A DNA stretch of 64,000 nucleotides from Entomortierella parvispora E1425 (Eukaryota > Fungi > Mortierellomycota): positions 1,240,001 through 1,304,000 of the forward strand of contig BQFW01000010.1 of assembly GCA_020891255.1 (NCBI GenBank), in the 5' to 3' direction. Shown here one piece after another: positions 49,964 to 63,186 of the stretch. Position 1 is the first letter of the stretch. Every line of letters starts with the position of its first letter. The notes under the pieces were generated by a model, which saw only the letters and a program-made list of their open reading frames with translations, was not told the DNA's origin and searched no databases. The translations under genes were made by a program, and so were the position numbers.

Positions 49964-52900
49964 CTACATGTAGGCTGGATCCAAACTTGTCGGGAACCTT
50001 CGTAAATTCTTGTCTATTTTTTTTTTTTTTTTTTGGAGAGAGGGAGACAAGTTAGTCATCAACGTTCTTGAAGTACTACAGAGATATTCTCCGAGTCGGT
50101 TAGAAGAGATAATCCTTTACCATGAGGTTGAAGTTCTCCAGAGGGTGGGATAGCTCTGACTGTGCCTTGAATACCATATGTAGGATCCTATAAAAGAGCC
50201 AAAGAGACAAAAGTTAGAAATCGCGAAGCACATTGGTTATCCATCCTCGGATCCAAGAAGGAATAGAGTAATCAACTCGTCGGAAGAATAGAGATAGACA
50301 GAACGAGGGATGGAGATGAGCTGGAAAAGACACTTACATCCAAAAACTTTGTCTCTTCCTTGCCGAGACGGAAACGCGATCGATTGATCTTTGCTTTGAT
50401 GACCTCGTCAAAAAACATGATTTCTGGATCTCCTGGAGATCGGTCTACACGATCCTGAACAAACTGTACAAATGCCTGCGACTCTGTAAACGCAGACATG
50501 AATGGCTGGTAAAAGTGGAACGAGATGAAATTAGTTATATGGCTGAAAGGAGACAAAAAAAAAAAAAAAAAAAAAAAAAAGAAAAGAAAGAGAGAAATCA
50601 ATCTTACTCTGGCTTCTCTGTCGACAGATTTCATAAACACATCGCGATGGAACCGCACCGTGTCACTATGAGTGCTTCCATTCGTGCCACTTCTAGCTCT
50701 TGTGAATCCTGGCTGCTGATGCTGCAGCATCTGTGGAGAGGGGTAAGTGGTTGAATCCACCATGGTCGTAGATCGAGGTGCTGGGGGTGAAAAAGAGGTA
50801 GTGCCCCTGTTGCCAATCCCGTTGGTATTGTTACTGAGGCCACCATTGCTGACGCTGCTACTGCCGTTATTGGCTGCGCTCGTGCTGTTGCTACTGCCAT
50901 TTCCAGCACCTGTGATACTCCTGGTGGTCCAACCGCGGAAGCTCGCCCAGGAGAGTCGATCCCTCGATCCAGAGTTGGATCCCGTCGTTCCATCTTCGCT
51001 TCCACTACTCGACAGTTGTTTCGAATGACCGATATTTTGTCGTTGGTGCTGCGCCTGAAGCTGAAGTTGTTGCTGTTGCTGTTGCTGCAACTGTTGTTGG
51101 AACAGGATCTGCTGTTGTTGCAACTGTTGTTGTTGAATCATGGCCGCATGACCAGCCAGGATACCTGAGCGGTAGCCCTTCATAAGTCCAGCCCACATCT
51201 GCAGGACACTCCAACAGATACCAGACTCGTCAAATCCTCGGGGCACGCAAGGGTAGAGCAACTCATCAATACATCCCGCATGCACAAATAGTGAGCATCC
51301 CTCGCATCGATAGACTTGTTGATGAACTTGAAGTCCATGGGAACAGATACCGCAGCGAGAGGATTGGATCAGAGAAAGTGGGACAGGACTGGAGACGGAA
51401 GAGAGAACGTGGCCTTCTCTGATAATGGGAACAGAAGGCGCTTCCGGAGGTAGAGCCACATTCAAAGCTCCGTCTGGAATACCGTCGATTCCTGCCTCTC
51501 CAGGTTTTGGGATGGTGTAAGCTGGTGTTGGTAGGAAGGGTGGAGGTTGCGCTGTTGGGGTCGATACTTGAGATGAAGGTGGTCCGTTGATACTATTCAT
51601 CGTATAGGATGTCATGGTTGAAATAGGGGAACCCGTTTTGAGCGGACCAATTTGGGACAAGGTGGACGATCGTGGCTGCACGCTAGAGGTAGTGGATTCA
51701 ATCGAGGTTAAGGAGGCTCGATGACTCAAGTTCCCAGAGCCATTGACGGTGCTGATAGAGCTACTGTTGTCCAAGTTTGTCAGAGAATGGCTGGTATGGT
51801 GAGAGCTGTTGCTCCGATCGATCGTTGGTCGCGTCATGGTTGTGTTGATCGGAGCCGGTATTGACTGTTGTTGCTCTGACTGTGATGGTTGTGAAAGAGG
51901 GTGGAGGGCCGATTCCTGCTGCTTCCTGGGCATCTCGAACATGCTGGCTCGCGTCTTTGCCGGGGACATTGTCTTGCGTGTGGCAGTGCTGTACTGCTCA
52001 TCCTATCAGGGTACCATATCCACGTTAGTTACCATTCGGTCAAGAAAAAAGATCTCCTATTGCAGTTCCATGGCGGATATTTGCACATACCTTTTCGGGA
52101 TTATGTCCCGAGCTGACCTTGGTCCCGTTCATGTCAGCGTGCAAGTCTTCTTGAGTGACAGAGGCGCTTGTAATGGCCAACCCTTGGAGTTCCTGACTCG
52201 TCGGATGCCTTGATAACTTTTCAGACCCAAAATCCGGACCAATCAGACTTCCCTCCAACAATGTCTCTTTTTCAAAATCAAGCTTTGGAATCTTTGGCAG
52301 CGTTTTGGACGACAACCCATGGACGCTGGCGCCACTTACCGACTGTTGGCCCAGGGTATTGGACGATGACTTTCGACTCACGCTCGGAGAGTTGTTCATC
52401 CCGTTTGGACCTCCATGACCGTTGCCATTGCCGTTCCCGCTGCCGCCACCATGTCCAATAATGCCAGACGCGATCGAGTTGGTCGTCATGGTCGAGAGCG
52501 TTGAAGCCATTGGAGGCCGGAATGACTCCTGTCTCCTGTTCCACCGCGGCGCACGCGATACTCCACAGAACAGCGTCAGCCTGGAATGGGGAAACGCCAC
52601 TTTGACATATTCCGGTGGTCCCAACGAATCGTTTCTAGTCGCCGCCGTCCCTGCTGCCGCTGTGTTTGGCCGTCTCATTGCACAGGTGGGTGCATACTGC
52701 TCCAAAGATTGTACCAGCTTCCTTCGAGGACGCGGAGGTAATTGCATAGGCGGTAGTTGAACATTGATAGAGCCCCTATCCAGATCGATGACACACGCCT
52801 ACAAGATCAAAAAAGATGAAAAGTTAACAAACTGTACTAGACGATAGGCGCGTATAATGACATGGTGGTGCTTACGTCTTCAGGAGGAAAGTCAGAGTCG

Positions 52901-55474
52901 CAGCAGCTGCGTTCAACGCCAATAATGTAGGGAACCGGCGCCTGAAGACACGTCATCAGAGCAGCAGGTAGAATAGGAATATATACACCTTGCCAGTAAA
53001 GTGGGAAGAGCAAATACAAAAAACTCTCACTGGCCAGTGTTAGCATGCCAAGATGGGACGACAAGAAGATGATGCGTCCTTCGGACAAAATGACCTAAAA
53101 GAAGCCAAAATAATTAGTCAACATCAGTTAGCCGCTTTCAGTCCTCTTCGCGTCATTCTTTTTTAAACCCTTACCTCAATGACAGTAACAATGTCCTCTG
53201 CAGAGAGACAGCGGAACAGCGGGAAGAGTGAAAACTAATGAGAGAGCAATACTTGTCAGGGCTCTGATCCAGTTCATAGTCCTCCTAGTGTCCCGCATTG
53301 CAGATATTCAAGTTACATTTTTCACGATTGGTACGCTGTTTAGAGCTGGTCTGGAGGCGTATATGAGTCGATTGTTGATCGTAATCCCGATTTCCATTTT
53401 CCCAAATGGTGGCACATTCACGTCATGGATAATATTTCGGACATAGCTGATTTCAGAGAGGTGGTTGGACGAATGTAAGTAGACCTTATCAACTGTACTC
53501 GACCTCTTTGGTCCAGTCGCCAAGTTTTGTACATACCTCTCAAGCCGCAGTGAGCTCAGGCTCATCCCTGGGTGTTCTACACCTCCAGAACACGCCACCA
53601 CTACAGCAAGAAGCCAATCTCGTAGCAAATAATGATATGGGATGGCGCTCACCAGACCTATGCACCTTGGCATCCAGACATCCTCTGCCTCGACAAACAG
53701 TTTTCGCCAGGGCTTCATTTGATCCTCCAGCAAGTACAGCTTTTCCTCAGAGTCAATCATCTCCCGCTGAAGTTCAATCAATCGGTTCTTCCGGCCCAGT
53801 GTCTTTTCCTCCTGAAAACGCGATCGAAATTCTCGAAGCAATGCTTTTTCCTTTGTGATTTTGGTCTTGATGGCTTTGACGTATTCCACTTCGCTTTCCG
53901 ACTAGGAACAAAACGATTGGTTTATAGTCAGTCCAATTTCCTGTGGTTTAAAATTGCAGTATAGCATAATAATCCGTGCTTAGTACCATGTGTTCCCTGG
54001 TCCATTTCTGACAAATTTGGTCGTACTGCCTATGGATCGCGTCTGGCAGTCGTTCATAGAGCGTCACACACATAGCGTAGGATCTATTGCCCGTCTCTTG
54101 CGTCATTACAAATGAATGAAAGGTGGTTGGTGGCCGTTCATCCTGTAGTTTAAAGCAAAGCTCTCCTGGGAAACAAAACTAGTTGATATAACATAAAGAA
54201 AGACAGTTAGTAACACGTATCTCCTTGCTTTGCTGACGATAGCCTGTGCGCCTTATATTTATCACTCTACCAATGACAAATGAGCAGGGAAGGCTTCAGA
54301 GTCCGGCCAGTCGACCTCAGGGTACCGACATGTAACAACTGGTGAAAAAACCCTCTCTCCTGGATGAATTTCCTCTGGCGGTGCTGTAGCTGTGGCGGCG
54401 GCTGCAGTAGTCGTAGTAGCGTTAGTTCCAGAATGCATATGAGCCGTTGAGTTGTTGGAAGAAGGGGCTGAAGTTCCAGGCATGATTTTGGATCGACTCC
54501 GGATCATGGCCATATTTTTGCCAAAGGTCAGGCTCTTCATGTCCTGGACTGATAACGCGGAGGTGGTGCCGCCCTCCTGGGGCGGTGGTGCGTGGTGGTG
54601 TGCGGTTGGGTAGTCGTGCCTTCTTTGAGTCACTATAAAAAAGGCAGAGACGCGTTCCGTTTCCACAACAAAGACACGAGTCGCGTCAGTTTCCCAGGAC
54701 TGGATGAACTTTGTTCAAAATCTCGTGAGAGAGTATATTTGCAAACAACGGAAAAAAGGGGAGGGAATCATTACCAGGTCCAGCCTGTGAAGCCAAGGCG
54801 ATTCTCTTTAGTCGGTCCGCAATAGTCTCTTCTTCATCATCCTCTCCGTCATCGTCATCTTCCGCGATCATGCCCTTTGTGAGCTCGCGTTGCATGCCCT
54901 CCTGAACAGTCTTGAAGAGCGTCCCAGCAGAGACATGACGATAGCTGGGTTTGTGTTGAAGTCCTGTCGCTCCTGTTGCTCCTGGGATGCCCTCTCCAGC
55001 GCTAATGTCGCTCATGGTCACTGCACGGCGTGGTGGTCGCTTTGAATTGACTACACTGACACTGACTCGACGTGGTACGGGTGGTCGATCCGATAGAGTT
55101 CCTGACGACAGTCCATTGACGGCTACGGTCGTTGGAGAGACGAGAAAAATGAAGAGAGAGAAAAAACCACATTGAGGTTATTATTTCGTAAGGAGAGCCA
55201 CTACTGCAGACAATGACTTTGAAGCTAAGGAAAGCAAAAGAAGAGAGAGAAGGGAAGGGAAGGAAGGAGAGCGAAAGAAGAGGAGGAGGAGGAGGGGATG
55301 GGTCATGGGCTCATCCCAGAAGAATGTGCCTGATCAACCTGATCAACCCCATCCAGATCCTGCTCCTGTTCTTTTCCTTCCTTCCTCTGTACCTCTGCCC
55401 CTGTTGACTCAATCTGAAAGGAAGGAATAAGGAAGGAAGTGAGGGAAAAAAAAAGAAGAAAGGGATCAAAAGGG

Positions 55475-55524
<50 letters not shown>

Positions 55525-55968
55525 AAGGGAAACATAATCAATACAGTCAGTTGTCCCATGTTGTCCCCCTCGACACATACCTCGGTGAGGGGGTAGATCC
55601 GGGTGGTTGTTGAAGTGGGCCATGGACTTTGACCGCGACCTTCCCGGCGACCGGAATGAACCTTCGGCCCTTGACAGGGCCTGTGCCCTTGTCGTTGGCC
55701 CTGCAGCAGCAGCGACTGAGGCAGGGTCTGAAGTGGATCCCACGGCAGACGTCGAGTTGCCTGAACCTCTGTTCCTGGCTGTGTCACCGTGGCCGTGCTC
55801 ACTGCCCTGAGACGAGGCGCCTCCAGAATGACGCGCGTCCTCGGGGTCCAGCGGGGGATTGGGCCAAACCCCGTCGCCCGTGGAGCCATTCAGTCCGTAG
55901 TCGTCCTTCAGTCCGACCATGAAGAAGTAGTCGGCGATGCGCTTCGGTGCAGGGGACTGGGAGGTCAT
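49964..55968 (-). CDS. DENN-domain protein (Rab GEF-like) with C1 zinc-finger and poly-Q region (many exons)
   Basis: N-terminus KRIADYFFMVGL; uDENN CRYPEVDW..AFP; cDENN WMPRCIGLVS, IFLSSHLGMLTLASESF..LFPLYWQGVYIPILP..LQAPVPYIIG; C1 motif H...CGIC...CEGCSLFVHAGC...C; dDENN FTESQAFVQFVQDR; last exon DKNLRRFPTSLDPAYM*. Confidence 0.88.
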
Positions 55969-56946
55969 TGCTGGACGGAATGCAGGCAGTGGGAAGGCGA
56001 AAAAGGGTGATCAGGAGCAGGAAGCGCTGTATGTAAAAATAATACAGAACAATGAAAAAAGAGAGCCCTGCTTGCTGGGAAGGGATAGCCAAGTTCTCTT
56101 TCTCTCTCTTTTTTTTTTCTTCTTCTTTTTCTGTTGGTTTGTTCGTTGCTGCAAAGGGACTCGAGTTGTCAGGGGGAGAAGGAAGAAGGAGTGGATGAAT
56201 GGATGGATGGATGGATGGATGGTCAAAGGGGGGAACTGAAATGAACAGAATAAAAAAAAAAAAAAAAAGCACCACGGGAATACGATTGAGACGCGGGGGT
56301 ACGGGGGGTACGGAGTGGGGGGACACACGAAGAAGGGGGGGAAAGAGAAGGGACGAAGAAGGGGGACACAACGCGGTAATGGAATGCACCGACACCTGGA
56401 GGTCAATGCGAGGCAACGGAGGGATCTGGCAATGGGGAGATGGGATGGAAGAAGAGAGAAGGAAGCAAGAAGAGAGAAGAGAAAAGAAAAAGAAAAAAGA
56501 AAAAAAGATATCCTGCTTATTGTATTGTATTGCATGCTATGCTTTGCTACCTTCCTGCCTCTGTCCGTCTGCTGGGCTGTCTGCTTGTGTTGTCTGCCAA
56601 CCATGCCATGCCTGTCTGCGCTTGCTTTGTTTGCTTTGTTGCGTGCTTGCTTGCTTGCAGGCGACCATGCTTCTGAGCCCTTGTTCCTCCCTCTCTTTTC
56701 TCTTCTCCCTCTCTTTCTCACACACCCTCACCATGCTCACTCTCATACAATACATTTCCCAGGCGCATCTCCTTTTCACTGACACGCTTGCTGGCCCTGA
56801 CGACCACCTTCTTCCCTTTTAGGGGATCAACACCAACCGCGGACCATGCACCTCATGGACTCTGGGCTCTTGCTCCCCCCGTGTCCTACTTGCGCTTCTT
56901 GTTTCAAAAAAAAAAGCTGTATTGAGTGTTGCAAATATCTTTTTCC

Positions 56947-58622
56947 CTATGACTTCACAATGGATTGATACGCTGGGCTGGCGTTCTCGTATTCGGACAA
57001 AAGTAACTCTTTGTGGTTCTTTTGCATCCACCTAAAGAAACATCAAAAAAAAAAAAAATCGAGTCCTGGTTAGTTCCATAGATCAACACCCTGTGTTCTT
57101 TCTCTCCCCCTTCCCCTCCGCAAAGACACCCTGCAGCATCTCTTTCTTTTTTTTTTTGTGTCATCTTATTCTTACTTTAGCATAGAGACAAGATTCTCCC
57201 GAAGCGCATTGATAGAGTCCTGGTCCATCTGTGTATGTGCAATCAGCATTGGGAATTGAACTGTAGACATAGATCCATGACATAATAGGTCAGTACATCC
57301 GATGTTTGATAAAGCAGAACCGCATTCAAAAGGGAAACAATGCAATGCAATATAGGAGGGCATGACATACCAAACAAACGAAGCAAATGCTCGCCGCCAT
57401 AAATCTCAGAGTCCTCCTTGCCGACATTCTTCTTGCGGACATCTACGTATTGCTGGCGCTCGAATCTGTACAGAAGCATGTTTCCAAGACACTTGTCAAA
57501 GTATGTCTTGATGCCGGCCAGAACCTCCTGGAAGACTTCGTCGTTTTTACTATCCATAGAAAGCCAAAGAAAAGGCATCCGTTAGCAAGTCGAGCTTTTC
57601 ACATGTTCATAAAAGACAGTGATAATCAAAGAGTCAGGGACCCCAAGCGGATTAAAGAATGGCTCGTTCCTGGGATCAAAGTACTTACGCCTTCTTGTCC
57701 TTTTTTGATTCTCTGTACATCTCCAGGATCTGGACAACATTAGGAGTTCTTGGCAAAGGAACGAGCTAAAGAGAGGAAGAGATGAATGATGCAATCGGAT
57801 CAGTAACTCGAAAACGCTGTGTTGACACCAGGCGATGGTTACGCCTATTGCTCTCTTCCTCGTAGAGTTTTTTTTTACCTGCTGGTTTTTGGTGATATTC
57901 TCCCAATCATCTACAAGTTGAGCCTTCAAGGAATCCGGTATTGGCACCTTGATCTCGGGTCGCTTTGTAAAGTCTTCTTCTTTATCCACGCTCGTGTCCT
58001 TGGTACGAGACTTTTTGCCTCGGTCCGTGCTATCCAGAGATCCTGACGTCTTTGGGATCGCCTTCTTCTTGCCCGGATACGAGTCCTTCAGACTGGCTTG
58101 CTTGGCCAAATTGGCCTCGTTCAACTTTAAGGCTCGGGACTCGGGGACCCATTCATCCCAACTGATGGTTCATATTCAACAGCAGCAAAAACAAACATAT
58201 GTTAGTCTTTTGTTGTGCGCTTCAATTGCTCTCCACATCTCCACAAAGTCATCGTTCCAGAATCATATAGAAAGAAGGCGCTGAAAGGCGTTGGGACAGG
58301 GGTTTGTTCCAATGTGTTCCACGTACGTCTGTTTCCATCCTCGGTAGTGGACCAGATAGACAGGTCCTTCCTCTCCGTGTAATGGGTCAAGCACTCTCCA
58401 GTCTGTTTTCAAAATCTAGTCCATGGAGGATGGTTGATGAATTCATCTCACTGTTAATAACAAACGAGACCTGATTGACTGCATTAGGCGCGACAGAAAC
58501 CAAATGGTCAGGAGTGTGAGGTGTGAGAGGGCTAGGTGTACCTTGGCCTCGTAGAGAAGAGGGCCGTGGAAACACAAGACGTTTTCATTCTCGGCAAAGG
58601 TCATCTGCCTCTGCTTGGACAT
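56947..58622 (-). CDS. EAF3: Chromodomain + MRG-domain protein (Eaf3/Alp13/MRG15)
   Basis: MSKQRQMTFAENENVLCFHGPLLYEAK; YLVHYRGWKQT-WDEWVPESR; LKAQLVDDWENITKNQQ; YFDKCLGNMLLYRFERQQY; IYGGEHLLRLF; last exon WMQKNHKELLLSEYENASPAYQSIVKS*. Confidence 0.95.
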
Positions 58623-59054
58623 TGTGTGAATTATCTGTGGTCAAGGGGTGGGGACAAGAGGAGGGTCAATGAAGAGTGTTAACAGGCGGTGGCAAAGAGG
58701 GCATGAGCCTTGGACGCGTGTGTGAGTTGGCAGTAAAATGTACCAAGAGACTGTGATTGGATGCAGAGGGGATGAGATGGGGAGAAGGGTGATGGACAGA
58801 CGGCGCAAAAGAGCAAGGAGTGACCGCGAAGAGAAGGAGAGCACAAAAGAATGAAAGAATAGAGAAGCGAAGGGAATGTAAAAGTGCCGACTTCAATATG
58901 AAGGGTTGCCCATGTTCCTCTCCTTCTGAAGAAACCGGTGGCTGAGCAATATTTATTCTTCCGCTAGGTGATTTTTCTTTTTTTTTTTTTTTCTAGTCTC
59001 TCTGTGTGCTTCACTTTACTCTCCATCTCTCCATCCATCTTTCTCGTCATCGAC

Positions 59055-60461
<1,407 letters not shown>

Positions 60462-60482
60462 TGTAGACTATAATACATAAAA

Positions 60483-60532
60483 TCACGTGACCAAGTCGGC
60501 CAATCGTCGTCGCGTGCAGTCCATTATTGGCC
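60483..60532. promoter_or_regulatory. TCACGTGA E-box plus inverted GGCCAAT/ATTGGCC pair upstream of the recombinase gene
   Basis: TCACGTGA at 60483-60490, GGCCAAT at 60498-60504 and ATTGGCC at 60526-60532; the ATG is at 60655. Confidence 0.4.
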
Positions 60533-60654
60533 CGATCAACCAGCCCATGAAATTGAAAAAAGGGGGGGGGGGGTCAGGCGCCTGTGCCTGTTCATGCATG
60601 CGCACATTTGCTACATCATTCTTTTACATCCTTTCATTGGCGCACCTTCTCCCA

Positions 60655-63060
60655 ATGCCCAAGCATCAATTGTCTCAACAGGACCAGGAACCGCCCCAGG
60701 AACCCAAGCAGCAACAACAGCAACAACAGCGGACGCGAAAACGACAGAAACGAGAGCCTCCGACAACTGGCCAGCAACCACGCTCCCAGCAAGTCGATTC
60801 ATCTCAACGTGAATCTAATGTAATGCTCGACTCGACTACGTCAACTCTACGCATGCTGCGGAATGAACAGTGCCATCTGTGTGCCTATATGCCATTCTGT
60901 TTTGCCTGTATACTCATGCTCCATCTCTCTGGGCCTCGTTGTACCTGCAGGATTCACGACTCGACGCGTCCGAGCTCGCGGCGTCACGACAACACGACAA
61001 CACGCAAGGAATCTCGTCTAGTACTTCTATTGTCGCGCAGTTCCATGCGGACAAGAAGGCGCGTCAGGCTCATGAGCTTGACTTGAGACAAAAGGAGTTG
61101 GCCTGTATGCAACTCGTCCGCGAACAGCGAAGGGAAAGTATCAAGATGTCGACGCGTGCACTTTATGACCGATATCAAGCCGTATTCTCTGTAAGTTGGG
61201 CCAAGTGTACGATCATGGCTGATCATGGCGGACAGTGCCTTTATCTTTTTTTTTCTTTCTAATTCGTCTACTACAAACACCCATAAACTCATTAATGACT
61301 AGAAATGGTGCACGGAAGCTGGATACTCAGACGCCAACGTCATCAAAGAGAAAGTCTTGCGTTACTGGACTTGTTTAACTGCATCGAAAGAGGACCCAAG
61401 CAAGGGTAGGAACCGATGATCAGATTTTATATCTCCATTGTCTACGTATTCCCATCAGAATGACCTCTATGTCAACTTCTATGTTAACAGGTATCATCAT
61501 TTTACCTATTGGAATGCGCGGGAAAAGAAAAGGAATTGAAGACGAGAGAGAAAGAGGTGACGACAACAGTGACAGTGACAGTGACAGCGATGGTCATGAT
61601 AGCGAGGACACTGATGATGACAGCGATAGTGACAGCGATAGTGTCAATGACGACCTCGGTGAGAATGTATGTCATTCCGACAGGGGATTACCGGCCAATG
61701 CACCGTCTCTCTCAACGGTAAAATTACACGCGTCCGCCATCGGAGAACTCTGCCGTCAGCAACGTGTGGACCCAGACAACAAAGTCATGTTCAGGTGTCT
61801 CGAGAGAAAGCCGATGGATTACCCGAGGGACCTGATTACGAGTTACGAAAGAAGAGTGGCGGTCACGAAGAGAGCGACAGATACCGATCAAGGCTCAGCA
61901 AACTTTGTCGAGGAGGACCCTTTGGAGAATGTCAAGATGGTAATGGTGCACTTTTGGCACCATAATATACAGGGCGAACAGAGCAAATGGACGCGAGTGA
62001 TAACTGGTCTTCGCCATCGAGCTGACGCCGCCCTTCGATTTTTTATGATGTGCCGCAGTGAAACCACACGCAGGATGAGATTGATCGACCTCTTTGGCCA
62101 GAATGTTGCAAGTGCAGTGCGGAAAGATCAGGAGCAGGAGAGAAAATTCGTCCTTGGTGTGGTTTTGATGACAAGACAAGGAAAAATGAACAATAATGGC
62201 AAGATCCGATATAATGTCGTGGTACGAGACACAGATGTGGAAGCGTGTCCTGTCGGTGCTCTAGCCTTTTATCTGCTTGAGTACTGGTTGGTAAGTTTGA
62301 ACTTTTTGATTATGACGTACATTTTATGAGCTGGGTGAGGCTCTACCCCTTTCTAATCTGAATTATCTAGCCTACTTCCTCATCGGCTGCCCCTCCGCCT
62401 AGAGTAGAAGATCACGACTGGGTCAACTATCACTTGTTGTCAAAGTCCACCACACGAACATCAGAGATACGATATGCCACACAGTACAAGCAGACACGCG
62501 AGGTCCAGGATTATCTCAACATTGGTGTCAAAGGCAAAGCAACCCATCTCAGTAGACGACTGGGTGCTTTTTTGGCGCGGCTGACTGGAGCCACGCACGA
62601 AGATATATCGAAACACGGCGGCTGGGGGACAAACCGACTCATCACCCATTACCTCGACGGCGTCGATGCATCTGTGGCGTTGCAAATGGCCGGATTTGAG
62701 AATGGCCGTACGGAAAACTTTTGGCTGGAGCGTAATGTCATTCCAGACCTCGAGCTACAGCGCATGGTCTTCCCATTCATTGAACGTGCATGCTCAAATC
62801 CTGAGGACAAAAAGCACTACGACCCTTTCTGGATCCAGACCATCGACAACATCATGCTGGATCGGAGCATATTCTACGGACGTCAAGAGGAAAATATTAA
62901 GATCAAAAAAATCAAGAAAAGGGCTGCACGGAAAGTTCTCTCTGATGAGGCAATCTCGCGTCGACGGCATCTTTGTCTGCTTGCCCACTTGCGGAAAGTC
63001 ATTCTGCAGGACGCCGCCGTCTTTTTATTGGCCGAGAACAAATCATTCAACAAAAATTGA
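60655..63060 (+). CDS. Crypton/Ndc10-domain-II-type tyrosine recombinase, 5 exons, ~665 aa
   Basis: Exons at about 60655-60819, 60951-61190, 61303-61405, 61491-62290 and 62371-63060, all GT-AG and phase-compatible. Motifs: STRALYDRYQAVFS-KWC (N-terminal helix), MCRSETTRRM (R), RQGKMNNNGK (K), CPVGALAFYL, KATHLSRR (HxxR), HGGW (W) and ITHYL (Y, 9 residues after W), then LQMAGF and VILQDAAVF. Confidence 0.85.
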
Positions 63061-63080
63061 ACCGTGAATTTTATGGAAAT

Positions 63081-63127
63081 GTGACAAATATCGCGCATGC
63101 TACAGACGTGTCACGGATAGGAATAAA
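63081..63127 (+). repeat. Direct repeat copy 2 (47 bp; one substitution and one 1-bp deletion versus copy 1)
   Basis: GTGACAAATATCGCGCATGCTACAGACGTGTCACGGAT-AGGAATAAA, 2667 bp downstream of copy 1. Confidence 0.95.
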
Positions 63128-63186
63128 AGGAGATGTATCATACAATTATTGTGCCTTTCGAGAAAAAGTACAAAGAAAAATATTAG

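Noticed and set aside
30982-58622. Co-occurrence of a Sin3-like PAH protein and Eaf3 (both Rpd3S-related) in one window
   Set aside because: They are about 24 kb apart with unrelated genes between, so there is no evidence of a functional cluster.
60482-60490. ATCACGTG equals the budding-yeast CDEI consensus, next to an Ndc10-related gene
   Set aside because: No CDEII/CDEIII follows, point centromeres are a Saccharomycetaceae feature, and the same box occurs in ordinary promoters here. Treated as an E-box.
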